From Octopus vulgaris (Eukaryota), in NCBI GenBank assembly GCA_951406725.2, contig OX597822.1, positions 50,406,001 to 50,470,000 of the forward strand: a DNA stretch of 64,000 nt, written 5' to 3'. The notes under the pieces are model-generated. The model saw only the letters and a program-made list of their open reading frames with translations, had not been told where the DNA came from and searched no databases. Positions 13,011 to 27,399 of this stretch are shown in pieces. The first letter of the stretch is position 1, and every line of letters starts with the position of its first letter. The translations under genes were made by a program, and so were the position numbers.

Positions 13011-16000
13011 GGTCAATGTATTATTTGTTCTCTCTGCATATAAATTACACTGTTACATCATGTTTTCTCTATAATTCAGTAACATCTACAGTTCATTGCA
13101 TCATTTTGCCTCCTTTTTTTTAAGTTTGTGTTGTCGACATATCAAACTATTTTATTCAAATATTTAAGAGAAACACATATCCTCAATCGCATCTATGCAC
13201 TTCAAATTAAACCAAGAACGTATTGTATCTGACAATTGATCATATCATAGATAAGTTTGTAGTGTTGTATCGATTTTCGATTAGCAAATAGTTTCACAAA
13301 ATTTTCTTGATTTTCCACTTAAACTTCAAAATGTATTCACATTTCTTGTGTTTTACTTCTCTTTTACTTTTACTTTTACTTTTACTGATCGAAATGAATC
13401 GACGATTTTCAACATTGTTTCATCATTGTTTGAAATTATCGTGTTTACCTTTCCATAAACCGTAATGTCCTGTTGTAATGATAATTTACATTTGTAGGGT
13501 TTAAAAATTCAAATCAACTATAGCTGCCTTATCTACTTTTCAATTACAATATATAATTTTTACTTTTTCGGACAGGTGGATAATTTCCCAACCCTTTCCA
13601 CGTGTGTTTGATTTGAATTTCCATTACATCGAAAGATGTTTATAAAGTCACCACATTTGTCACATTTTTTTATTCTAAATCTTTTGAATTGTAACTTTTT
13701 AAACAATTCTTCAATTGCTTCAAATTCCTCAAAAACACCTTCTGTTTAGCTAGAAACAAATAGCATTTAAACTGGCATGAAATATATGTAGAATTTTCAA
13801 GGACTTGATATTAAGGAATTACGAAGGATAAAATACAGTTCATGTACTCCCAAAGTCTCTACCTTATATATCATCACACAACCATCAACATACAGAAGTA
13901 ATCATCGAGTTTGAAACAAGTACTGAAACATCGGAACAACCAAAATCACTAAAAGCTTGTTTATTGATAGCAAATAAACGTCGGGAGAAAATTTAGTTTT
14001 AATTGATATCATTGAATCATCTGCGGACAAAGAAAATTAATTTAGGTTCCTACATGCAATAGACTAATTCGAAATAAAAAGAAAGAGGTCATTTTGTTTG
14101 TCTGAGTCGAATCCTCAATAATTTTGAAATCCCACTATCAAACAAATAATCGAGAACGAGCAAGCCGACTTATATATTTTAAATAAATTTCCCAAAAATA
14201 TCAATCTAATATACTTGCTGAAAAATATAAGCTAGGCGTCAGTAGTTTTTTTGCTTATAAAAAAATTGTTTTAAAATTTTCATTTGAATTTCAATCATTC
14301 AGAATTATTCTTCCTCAACAAAAAGAAAAGTTAATCGGCATTAAAACGATAAAGAGCTCATATTGTAACTAAGAAAATATATAGTTCCCTTTTTAATACA
14401 AACACGTCAAAATTCACGCCGTAATGTTATATGTTTGAAAATCGTGACCTATGGAAAAGTCATGATTCAAGAAATGTAATGATTTATTTATGTAGGAGAA
14501 TGGAATCTAAATATATTTTCAAATGAATTTAATAATACACTGTCTGTACGCATGTGTGTATATGCGCTTGTGTGTGTATATGTACTTATGTGTGTGTATG
14601 TGTGCATGCATACACAAGCTTTTGCCGTCTATATATTTTTACGGAAGAAAATGTAACTTATATTTACCATGCTTTCGCTAATTTGTGTAGATAATAATGT
14701 AGTTACGGGAAGACGGATAAACACTCGGCCATACCCAGCTTGTCTCAGAAGATGAAAACCGAAGAGGGGTTGGTTGGCTGCTATAGTTGAGTTGCTAGAC
14801 CATGAAAAGCTTTCACAGATAAAACGAATCGATCTTAGAAGAGTAACTTCAAAACTATAGCTGCAAGACAATACGCCATCTCATCTTGTACATGTACATC
14901 TAAGTATGTATGTCTGTAAACTCAACACATATACACACGCACACACACACACACACATACACATACACACATATGTATTCACGCACAGACGCACACTCAC
15001 ATCCACACATACATACATATATGTTACTACAGGCAGATAGCGTAATCAATATACATTAGTGTTTGCAAGTGAACAATATATATTGTAATATTTGTTTTCG
15101 TGTTGCGTCAATTATTCACATTCCAAACACTACACGTATGGCATTAACATCTTCAAAATAACTTAAACAACTTTACTATTTTAGTAAGCCAAACGATGAG
15201 TCGATTAATGTGTGTTATCATTCTACTTAGTGACTGATCCTTGAATAGAAAGCCTCGCTACTCCATCCTTTATTGAACACTACTTCAATCTGTTCTGTAA
15301 ACTTTATTTTATGTCATATTGCAATCACTCTGTTGTACAGCGTGTATTTAGAGGTAATTTTCCAGTATTTGTGAGACATGTTAATAACAAAAGAAACTAC
15401 GCTTCGTAAATGAAGTGTCTATTACTGACATGTTTTTTCTGACAGATACGGAAATGCATTCAAAAATGTTCGAAGAATTTACAGTGTTTCCATGTGATAG
15501 GGAACAAATTATTAGCTACTTTTGTTAAGTAATTTCACACAATAGAATTATTCTCTGCAAAAGTAATCTATATTATTACTGTTATCGAAATAAGTGGAAG
15601 GAATATTTATCCCAAGGATCACCTTTCTATCAAGCCTAATTGAACATGCTGTTTTTTGTGGTATTATATCTTAGCGTAATGTCATCGATATAAGTGAAAT
15701 ATACTTGGGTTATATTGTTAGCGAATCATACGACCATTATACAAGTGTAAATTTAATACTCACAGTAATGTTTTGGGGTACTATAGTTACATTGACAAAT
15801 AAGAAACGCGGGTCGTTGAAAAGTATGCAAAGATCTTTGTTGTAGAAGTTCTACATTTCATTATATTAACTCAGATTAAAATTTTCTTCTTGAAAAACTG
15901 TTAAACAATATACATAAATATATATGCATAAACATACATATGTATAATTACGTATATATATAGGTTATGAGACGTAATGGTTTCAGTAAGACCCAAAGGA

Positions 16001-16109
16001 GTCAGGTAATGCTGAGTAAGTGCTATAGTTAAGCTCCAGGTTCGGTGATTATTCGAATGAGGAGTCCAAAGTAGGTCATATATATCAGCGTGTGTATATA
16101 TAAAATTTG

Positions 16110-16645
16110 TTTTTCAGAATGAGATAAAAAAGAAACCAGGCTGTGACGATTTTAGAACATTTATAAATAGGTCATACAGCTGTTTCCAGAATATTTATTA
16201 TAACCCTTCATCGGAGACTGTGTGAGAAAATGGTTAAACAATAGTTAATTGAGATAAGATACGAAATAGAAAGTGAGGTGGAATTTGTACACAGTGCTGC
16301 TGAATCAAGGATTTTATTTTAATAAACTATTTACAAACTCTATACATGGAATGATGAATTTTAGATACTATTGGATGTTACTCACAAATTATTGGAATCC
16401 TATATGTATATCATTCTGCCTAAATAATGGATCTACAAATGCAATATCCATCCATATCTCACATCTATTTTCATTCCTCTACTTCACCCTCTATTTCGTA
16501 TCTTACCTAAATTGCTTAACCATTTTCTCACACCGTCTCCGATGAAGGGTTATAATAAATATCCTGGAAACAGCTGTAAGACCTACTATTTATAATTGTT
16601 CTAAAATCTTCACAGCCTTGGTTGTTTTTATCTCATTCTGAAAAA
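16110..16645. repeat. Fold-back insert (arms ~16110-16285 and ~16475-16645) with a hammerhead motif in each arm
   Basis: TTTTCAGAATGAGATAAAAA...CAGCTGTTTCCAG...TTATAACCCTTCATCGGAGAC mirrors GTCTCCGATGAAGGGTTATAA...CTGGAAACAGCTG...TTTTTATCTCATTCTGAAAA; AT-rich microsatellite flanks. Confidence 0.9.
16535..16582 (+). ncRNA. Type I hammerhead ribozyme motif (mirror copy 16171-16218 on minus strand)
   Basis: GTCT-CCGATGA-AGGGT(TATAATAAAT)ATCCT-G-GAAACAGCTGTA-AGAC: stem I GTCT/AGAC, CCGAUGA core variant, palindromic stem III ACAGCTGT, GUA cleavage triplet. Confidence 0.75.
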
Positions 16646-16860
16646 AAATACATATATGTATATATATATATGCGTATATATATACATATATACATATATA
16701 TAAACATATATACATATATATATACATATATATACGTATATATATACACATATATACATACATATATACGCATATATATATATACATACATATAATTATA
16801 CATACATATATATATACACACATATATATATATACATACATACATACATGCATACATATA

Positions 16861-16900
<40 letters not shown>

Positions 16901-17373
16901 CATACGTACATGTATATACATGCTGAAAAAAGCAAATAAAAATAGATTGTTTAAAAGCTGCTTAAACGATCGGTTTTATAACTGGATAATAATAGACTTT
17001 AAAACGCACATCAGTATCAATAATAGCTTTGACATCAAATGGATAAAAAAAAAGCAAGATGATTTGGACATCAGTTAAACTCAAAAGTATGTGGTTTTAG
17101 ACTTAAATGCGCTAACTTAGATGAGATAAATTAGCTAATAAATCTGTATTTCTGTTTCAGTGCCCCACTCTTAACCAATACCTCAACCCCCTACTCTCCT
17201 AATAAATATACCTAGACACACATAAGCAGAAAAACATATGCACTCACACACATGCATATATATATATATATTCATAAAAACAAATTTGTGAGTAAATGTA
17301 TACATAAGTAAACACGCACAAAGACATGCAAACGTAAACGCATATTTATATATATATGTTTATATATACACAC

Positions 17374-17423
<50 letters not shown>

Positions 17424-18091
17424 TTACACACGCAAAATGGTTCCCAATCGATTTTGGAAACTTGATAATCCTATGTACATTGACCGCATTGCAATGACTT
17501 TCGAATTAAGTTAAGAGCAAAAATGATCGAATTTCAATAATTATAATCCAAATGTCAGATATATTTTAGTAATCCGTTCTAAGATGTACATAATCAAAAT
17601 TTCCCCTGAGATATAATATTATATATTATTATAACATTGTAAAGTGAATTAGTATTTAAGATGGTTTGCTCGAATATCAAGTATTCTCCACAATAACTTT
17701 GCGATTATTTCGGGAATGTTTCATTCCTCGATATTGCTGTAAGTTTCATTTTAATGATATTTAAACAAATAAATTCTTTCAAACACCTTACGAATTATTT
17801 TTCGTGACTTCACTTTCAGTCGTCTTACAGAGAGATGGAGCCAAGTCATCTTGTTGCAATAGGTCTGTTGTTTAAAGAAATGCTTAAGTTAAAATCTCTC
17901 AAAGTTCACTTAAATTTTCACACAAACGAGGCCTGAGCAAATACAAGTAATTTAGGGAATTTGGAATGCTAAACGTTTTTATTCGATTTCCAGGATTTTT
18001 ACTTTCTAGCTCTGTCAACCTATGTAAAATAACTTCAGTCAATGAAAATTGCATTGTTTGTCTTCGTACAATTTTAATTTTTTTAAAAAAT

Positions 18092-18437
18092 TTGTTTCAG
18101 TCATTTGACTGTGGCCATGCTGGAGAACCGCCTTTAGTCGAGCAAATCGACCCAAGGACTTACTCATTGTAAGCCTAGTACTTATTCTATCGGTCCCTCT
18201 TGCCGAACTGCTAAGTAACGGGGACATAAACACACCAGCTTCGGTTGTCAAGCGATTCCGGGGGAATAAACACAGACACACAAACACACACACACACATA
18301 TATATATGTCTATATATACGACGGGCTTCTTTCAGTTTCTGTCTACCAAATCCACTCACAAGGCTTTGGTCGGGACGGAACCAGGAATCATGTGGTTGGT
18401 AAGCAAGCTACTTACCACACAGCCACTCCTGCGCCTA
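18092..18437 (-). mobile_element. tRNA-derived SINE with internal deletion
   Basis: Minus strand starts AGGCGCAGGAGTGGCTGTGTGGTAAG (pol III A-box-like) ...GGTTCCGTCCC (B-box-like); same body and tail as the other copies. Confidence 0.9.
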
Positions 18438-18919
18438 TACAATGTGTATATAAGAAGAAATTTTTAACGCAGTCATGCTTGATTTCAAAGATATTACGAT
18501 TTTATATGAGTAGGCTATATTTCTTTGTTAAACACATATTTCAATGGAATGTTGCCTATGTGCTAAACCAAACGCAGATGTTTCAGATTATATTGGAAAA
18601 CAACTAGGAATGAGAAGAAATCTACTATCATCATTCAAATTCTTTCTGCATTTTCGTTCCTTTATGGAAAGGAACATTGTTCTCGAGTATATTTACTTGT
18701 ACTTTTCTAAGTTGTAAGTTTTGCGCAGATTTATATCATGGCAGGCTTCTAAAACTGAAGATACAAACAATCAATATTTCTTGATGTATTGCAAATATAA
18801 GCGTGATTTGTCATAAAGAAAATCATTTCCAATTATATCTTCTCAGTTCTCTCACAAAAGTGTGTTAATTAAAGTTTACTGTTTTCCAATAATTTTCAAA
18901 GCTTTGATTATTCCAACTT

Positions 18920-18992
<73 letters not shown>

Positions 18993-19238
18993 ATATTCCA
19001 ATTTGTATGTGTGCATGTATTCATATAGCAAAACAAACTCCCAGTGGTAAATTTCGTTTGAGATAATTTCCTTATATTTATAGTTCAGAAACGAAGAAAT
19101 CATGTTACGTTTCGTTATGTTATATGCACTCATATTAACACATATGTACACACATCACACATGCACACATATGCAGACACACAGGCAAAAATATCCATCT
19201 ACTTTTCTCTTCTCTTTCTCTTCCTCAGTATATGTAAG

Positions 19239-19306
<68 letters not shown>

Positions 19307-19859
19307 CATATATATGTATGTATGCGTGCATACGCTTATATATGATATCGCTGTATGTGTATATATGTATGTGTGTGGATGTGACTGTGTTTGTGTCTGT
19401 GTGTAATATGACGAAGATTCTTTAAATATTTTATGATTAGATATACGCAAAACGAACAAAATTTCGGGCTTGATTTGAAATATTTTGTGACATTATTTGT
19501 TTACCTTTTACAAAGTATTACTTATTTACTATTTTTATTTCTACGTATTAAGCCTACGGATTCAATATTTAATTAATCTTTTGAAAGATAGTAAAAATGT
19601 GTTTATTAAAATCTATTTCTATTATTTCTGATATATCGTGACAAGGTTCCTCATTGGATGTATTTATATGTGAGGTTTGCCACGGACGAACAACTAAATT
19701 TTAGGTTTACTTCTAAAATTCCACCCCTCTGAAATTAAAATTCTTCTCCCTCCATATTCTTTATACATATGTCTATTCCCACATGAAAATTTGTTGTATC
19801 TGAACATGAATATGATGTGACAGACTAAATTGTCGACTGTTGTCAATCATTATATAATA

Positions 19860-20030
19860 CTTACTTTTTGGTACAAGACCAGCAATTTCTAAGTGACTGG
19901 AAGCTGATTACATGGCCTCCAGTTCTGAGCTGGTACTTATTTTGTCGACACCGTAGAAATAAAAGGCGAAATGAACCTGGTCATATAATGTCAGAATTGG
20001 TGTGCTAAACATGCTACACGATCGTTGGAT
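19860..20030 (-). mobile_element. Decayed copy of a second SINE family (related to 41728-41938)
   Basis: CTGGTACTTATTTTGTCGAC.CC..AG.AAT.AAAGGC.AA is the reverse complement of the CGATAAAATAA..A.CTG region at ~41845. Confidence 0.45.
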
Positions 20031-20603
20031 AATCATTATATAATTCTTGAAAATTGTTGCGTTAAAGGTAATATGACCAAGGCTGGAATGTAGGCGGAGT
20101 CCTCTGAATATTTCGTAAATCCTTTACAACGAGATTAACGAGTAAGCGTGTAAATATTTTTCTCGATTTGCAAGAGTTAACTACCTATATTCATAACATT
20201 ACTTCACACAGTATTTGAAAGAAGACTCGAGTGTTATTGTACCTTTAAAGACACTATACTTTAAACAAAACAATCATAGATGTTACTCGTGGGCGGCCAT
20301 TTTTTATAGCACCAATAGATCACTTTTTATATTTGTGTAAAATAAAGCAATGACGGAGAATACGACATATTGAGCAACATTTTTCTTAGTTAGTGAGAAA
20401 GCGCTGACTACACTTACGTATAGATGCACATATACAGAGATGCAAACACATGAACATGTACACTCACATGGGAAAAGCATGTACGCACAAATATATCAAG
20501 ATTTATACGTATTAACCAATTGTATGTATGAACACACTCGCACATACACACACGCACACATGTATATATATACACACACATATATACATATGTATATGAA
20601 TGT

Positions 20604-20655
<52 letters not shown>

Positions 20656-20705
20656 ATACATATATGTATCTATAGGTAATTTATACATTAAATTGATAAT
20701 TATAT

Positions 20706-20773
<68 letters not shown>

Positions 20774-20779
20774 GTATGT

Positions 20780-21190
20780 ATATAATTTATGAAGGGAGCA
20801 ACATGCTTGAAAATGGCGAGGCATTCAGATACTATCGAAAACCTCCCAAAATATACACAGACAGTAGGAGTGTGAGTGAAAAAAAACTTTAAAAAGACTT
20901 TATGTTAACTTTTAATTCGGTCAAATTTCTCGTTTAAAGCCGTAAAACAGGCTTAAAACAGGTATTTTTTCCTTCGTTGATGAAGTAAAAAAAAACTGTT
21001 TTTACGGGTATAATCAGGAAATTGGACCCAATTCACAATTAACGTGAGATTTTTGAAATATGTTTTCACTTCCCCGTCCACAGTCTGTGAATATTTATGG
21101 AGTTTGTCGGTAGTATCTGGATGTCTCGGCATTTTCAAGTACGATGCAGATAAGTCACTTTTGCGCCCAAGCTCCTTTAATATAATTGTA
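20780..21190. repeat. Old, diverged fold-back insert between (AT)n tracts
   Basis: CTTGAAAATGGCGAGGCATTCAGATACTATCGA (20807) mirrors TCGGTAGTATCTGGATGTCTCGGCATTTTCAAG (21107); CCGTAAAACAG mirrors CTGTTTTTACGG. Confidence 0.75.
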
Positions 21191-21247
21191 TACATATATA
21201 TATATATATATAATTATCAATTGAATGCATAAATTACCAATGTGTAC

Positions 21248-21328
<81 letters not shown>

Positions 21329-21494
21329 CATATGCATATATATACATATAAGCGGTTCTCTCCCCTTGAGGGACAATTCTCTTTCCCTTCTATATCTTAG
21401 CAAACGCTCTTGCTCTCCGTCTCTTAAGCCGAAGGCACCCAAAGTTGGCAACACCAACAGTCGTCAGTCAACACATATTTGTATATATATAATA

Positions 21495-22385
21495 GGCCAA
21501 AATGTACGTACGCCGCCAAATGTATATAAAAAGGAATACAAAAATGTGACAAGAACACAAAACATCCAGGCAGATGATACTAAAATGTTGCAAGAAAAAA
21601 CACGAACGGGTCATTCGAAGTTTTCTTTCCTCAGTCGAATCCAGATTAGCTTTGCAAATTTGGCTGGTTATAATCGAGATTGCACCAATTTGGCCAGCCC
21701 CTAGGAAAAACTAAGCTAAAAGCACTTGATTCCTTGGAAGAAAGCAGCGAATGTATTCGAAAACAAGGACGGAAAAAAACGGAGAAATGGTGCGCAGATA
21801 CAAATGCAAATAACAGGATATAACAACAGGTTTCTCTCGACAAAGGGCGAATTAAATTAAGCTGAAGCGTGTGGAAGTCAAGCCTTTTTTCAGGGACAAA
21901 AGAGATGACAGATATAGAGACGAATATAGATGCTGCATGGATGGTAGTCAAGCTCAGCCGAACACCGGTCACGTGGAGAGAGAGAGAGAGGAAAAATGTA
22001 GAGGCAGAGTAACGGAAGAATTAGGGAGGGACGAGAGAAAAACAAAAAGGACAGAGCGAAGTGAAAGAGGGGGAATGTGAGAATAAAGAGATAGCCAGTA
22101 AATGTGGGAGAGGGGGACGAAAGGAAGAAGAGTGGAAAGAACGAAGTGTGAAGGAGCTGATAGAAAGAAAGAATGAATGAAAGAAGGTCTGTTTGTGTGT
22201 GTGTGTGTGTGTGTATGTGTACTTACAAATTAGAGACCAAAGAGTACGTACGCCGTCATATGTATATACAAAGGAATACAAACAATGGGACAAGAAAGCA
22301 AAGCATCCAGACAGATGATACAAAAAACACGAACGGGTCATTCGAAGTTTTCCTTCCTCAGTCGAATTCCAGATTATGTTTGCAA
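21495..22385. repeat. Interspersed repeat with partial direct duplication (21495-21660 repeated at 22235-22385)
   Basis: GTACGTACGCCG...AAGGAATACAAA...CATCCAG.CAGATGATAC...ACACGAACGGGTCATTCGAAGTTTTC.TTCCTCAGTCGAAT occurs twice. Confidence 0.8.
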
Positions 22386-22851
22386 TTATATATATAATGT
22401 ATGTGCGTGATCGTGTGTGTGTGTGTGTGTGTGTGCGTGCGTGTGTTTGCACGCGCGCGTTGTGCATGTGTGTATACATGAGATAGTCAGACGTATATAT
22501 TGATATCAGCATGAGATTTGCAGATGTAACATAGTAATTCAAATTCAACAGATATCATCGCCTTCAACATAGCCTTTACAAAAAATTACTTCTTTAAATT
22601 TGTATCGACTAAATACAGCACATCATCGATCAACGTGTCTATAATAAGAAACTATTTTAGTCGTGATCATTCCTTAGCGCTTCAAGTGTCTTCATGTATA
22701 TCCTAAAGTCCAGGATTTCAGACTATTTCAGCGTATTGTCCAATGAAGATCAAGAAAGCTGAAACTTCGAAGGCACTGTCAATATGATACTTGTTAATAT
22801 CTATCTATCTAACTATATATATACATATAGATACCTTATAAACCTGTCTAG

Positions 22852-23163
22852 ATACCTTATAAACCTCGGACAGTATTTAAGTATGTTGGCCACTGTTTTA
22901 GGGTAATGTTATTTAATAATATTAATATGTACACTCTTTATTTAAATTACACACACACACACGCATATACATATATATATTTCTATATATACTAATATAT
23001 ATATATATATATATATATATTAGTATATATAGAAATATATATATGTATATGCGTGTGTGTGTGTGTAATTTAAATAAAGAGTGTACATATTAATATTATT
23101 AAATAACATTACCCTAAAACAGTGGCCAGCATACTTAAATACTGTCCGAGGTTTATAAGGTAT
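22852..23163. repeat. Near-perfect 312-bp palindrome centred on (AT)n
   Basis: ATACCTTATAAACCTCGGACAGTATTTAAG...(AT)n...CTTAAATACTGTCCGAGGTTTATAAGGTAT; one mismatch seen (TATGTTGGCC vs GGCCAGCATA). Confidence 0.92.
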
Positions 23164-24260
23164 ATTTAGATATAAAAATATGAAGAACCAGTGGCATACT
23201 AATTTGCAGGAACTAGACGCGCCAAAATGCTTTTACCGCGAAGAATATGGTCTCAGAATTAGTACACACTAGATGTTTGTGAGCAAGAGAAATGAAAGGA
23301 AACAAAAAGAAGTCAATCTCATACCTTATGATTTCGTTATTATTAATTAGCACATCAGTGAGATCCTGACAAACACATAAACAATGGAACTAGATACCAA
23401 CCGCCCCTTTGATACAACGCGTGCGTATAGATTTCCACCAGTTATGCATCAAAACATCCATGCAAATGCCTTCATGCTAGTGCGCCAAACCCGTAAGAAC
23501 TTTGCAGATTGAAAAAGCTCCGCGGCGAATCTATTGGCTAGCGAACATAAGTATTTAAAATTTAAATAATGAGGGTAGAAATTATTATTATTAAATAATA
23601 TCAATTTAAACGAAGGGCCAGCATACTTAAATACTATATATGTAAATATATAAATCATTGGAAGAATCAACAGGTAGCTTCTTAATATGCTAGAAGTAGA
23701 TTCCAGGCGTCTTACCACGAAGAATATGTTTGCAAAATTAGCATATGCTAGATGTTTGCGAGCAAGACAAAAGAAAACCGTTAGTTAATCTCATACATTA
23801 AGGATTTGCTATTAAGAATTAAATAAACAATTATCTGTAGATCATCAGTGAGATCGACGAAGACACATAAACAATGGAACTTGATACGAATGGCCTCTTC
23901 GGTAGAGCCAGTAGATTCGCTGAGGAGCTTCATAAGTTCTTGTTTGGCGCGCTAGTATGACGGCATTTGAATGGATACTTAGATACATAATTGGTGGAAC
24001 TCTGTACGCACGTGAGCTATCGAAGAGGTGATTGGCATCAAATTCCATAGTTTATGTGTCTGCGGTGATCACACTGGCGAGCTACAGACAATTATATATT
24101 TAATTATTAATAGCGAAGTCTAAAGGTATGAGATTAACTGCTTCCTCTTGCTTCCTTTCCTTTGTCTTGCTGGAAAATATCTAGCGTATGCTAATTTTGA
24201 GAACATATTCTTCGTGATAAGACGATTAGGCCTCTATTTCTAACACCTTAGGTTCTTCCT
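23125..24260. mobile_element. Three diverged copies (two minus in tandem, one plus) of a non-coding hammerhead-containing unit
   Basis: CGAAGAATATG...CTAGATGTTTG.GAGCAAGA...AATCTCATAC...CATCAGTGAGATC...ACACATAAACAATGGAACT occurs at ~23240-23395 and ~23718-23885, and inverted at ~24042-24215. Tandem period is about 490 bp (GCCAGCATACTTAAATACT at ~23125 and ~23617). Confidence 0.85.
24068..24134 (+). ncRNA. Decayed type I hammerhead (sister copies 23316-23364 and 23788-23854, minus strand)
   Basis: ATCACA-CTGGCGA-GCTA...TAGC-GAAG-TCTAAAGG-TA-TGAGAT. The three-copy consensus ATCTCA-CTGAYGA-GCTA..TAGC-GAAA-YCTWAAGG-TA-TGAGAT is canonical. Confidence 0.7.
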
Positions 24261-24307
24261 CTTATTTATATATTTATATATACATATATACGTGTGTGTG
24301 TGTGTGC

Positions 24308-25201
<894 letters not shown>

Positions 25202-25603
25202 TAGATGGATATGTTAGTCTGTTTTAAATACGTTGTTTGTTAGAGATACTCAGAGACGTAAAAGCCCCGCAATTGATATTGAACAGATGTCAGTAAATAA
25301 TGTCACCCGTTAGGCTATTTGTGATTATTATATATTTTGATTAGCTGTCAACTTGAACAAATGTATAGAGAAGGACAAATAATTCACCAATAATAAATGT
25401 ACTTGGGTGCGAGAATTAAATACAATGGGTTATGAATACATAAATGAATTTCTAAATACAGCCATTCATCAAGCTTTGCAATTCCAACATATTTACTCAA
25501 TCTGCAGTACACATACGTCTGTCTAGATATATAAACCCGCATACACTTATATATATGTATACACGTATATGAATATACACATTAATTTATATTATATATA
25601 TAA

Positions 25604-25681
<78 letters not shown>

Positions 25682-25926
25682 GTGTGTGTGTGTGTGTAGA
25701 AGGTTGAAATGAACACACGAGTTGATATGTTTAAGGGAAATAAGACAAATTAGGAAATACTAAAATAATTTTATCATGAAGAACATCTTAGTACCGGTTT
25801 CACTGTTTGCGACTTTTTCAACTTATAGTAAAGTATGAAAAACAATTAAATTGTGGCAAATGAAATGAAATGTTTTAAAAAAATATTTCCATTGTTTTCA
25901 AATACAAAGGGCATTCTCCTTTTCTC

Positions 25927-26021
<95 letters not shown>

Positions 26022-27399
26022 GTTTTCTACTCTTGCGAAAGCTTGATAGTAGATAGTAGGTAGTAGGTAGTCCATACTTATTAGATCAGTGACTATGTGT
26101 CACTTCAAAAATTATATATTTTCGAATTCAGCATCACTGTTTAGCCGAGCAGCTATACTGTACTGATAAAGGGCAGTAACCCAGGAACCATTCCACAGAT
26201 GTTGCTTTGTGCTGGATGGGGTTGCTGAGTCCCCTGTTTGAAATATAAGGGCACAGATATTGTGTCGTATAGCCAACTGGAAACGATGTTTCCTAGGGCT
26301 AACAACATTAAATTTCGTCCCGTCAAGGACTGCCACGTTATATTGGCAAATAGTCTTTACTTTATATAATTCATGCATACATACATATACATACAAATGT
26401 GCATGTGTGTTTATGTGTGTATGCATGGTGTGTTTATGGGCGTGTGTATCTGTGTGTGCGTGCCAGTGTGTGTGTGCGCGTGTCTGTGTGTGTGCATTTC
26501 ATAAATACATCCACGCATATGGGTACATAAAATAGACATAATGATTTGCTGAGAAGAAAGTGTGTTACTTAATATTATATTGCATTTTTGATTAAGATAG
26601 TTATGTACCATCTGTTGACTGTTATTATCCATCTAGGTATTTCATGTAAGCAAAGTTATTAGCTGTGTCGCTGTATATATTGCCATCAGTAAGCACAGTC
26701 TTTCTTAGATAAGTGGCATATCTTGTAAGAGAATTTCTCTTAACAAGTGTGTAACCCAGTATAGCTTTTCTGACATTCGGTAAGCCTCCTACTATAACAA
26801 TTGGAATATGCCATAACTGAGTAAGACTGTCGAATATTCCACAAATATAGCACTTCAAACCTATTCTTCACCTCGGTGATATAGAGAGCATGCATTTCAG
26901 AAAATATTTGAAATGAACGTCACAAAACCGTCACTTGCCATACTCGTGCACTTCAAGGAATTGAATGCTAGTTACGAAACATTCGAATGTTACGTATTTA
27001 TCTCACTTCTAGTATTGAGCGTTCACTTTTAGTTGTTCTATTGTAATACGTCCCCATAGCGATGTCTTCGATCATTTATCCTTTCCTTTTACGTAAATGA
27101 AATCCAAACACTGGTCACAATATTTATTCTGTGTTCAATAACAAACGGGCAATACTCCGTATTCAATAACAAACAGGCAATTTTATGTAATTTGAAATAT
27201 GTAAACAGAAATAGAAAACGACATAGAATCATAATACGTTCTAAAGTAAACAAATATATACAAATAATAATATTCAGATTGCGTAAAGAAGAGGTTGTCT
27301 AATGAAAATGTAATCGTTGATATTTTGTTCTAGCGTTATTATTGAGCATTGAGATTTAAAAAAACAATCGATGTGTATTTAAGATTTGATGTTCTGGCG

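Noticed and set aside
13350-14440. Possible decayed transposase (KCDKC motif on the minus strand)
   Set aside because: Too fragmented to assign; no TIRs or catalytic motif seen.
14753-14815. TGAAAA-CCGAAGA...GAAAAGCTTTCA hammerhead-like arrangement
   Set aside because: Stem II is poorly paired, the register of stem I and the cleavage site does not fit, and there is a single copy with no fold-back context.
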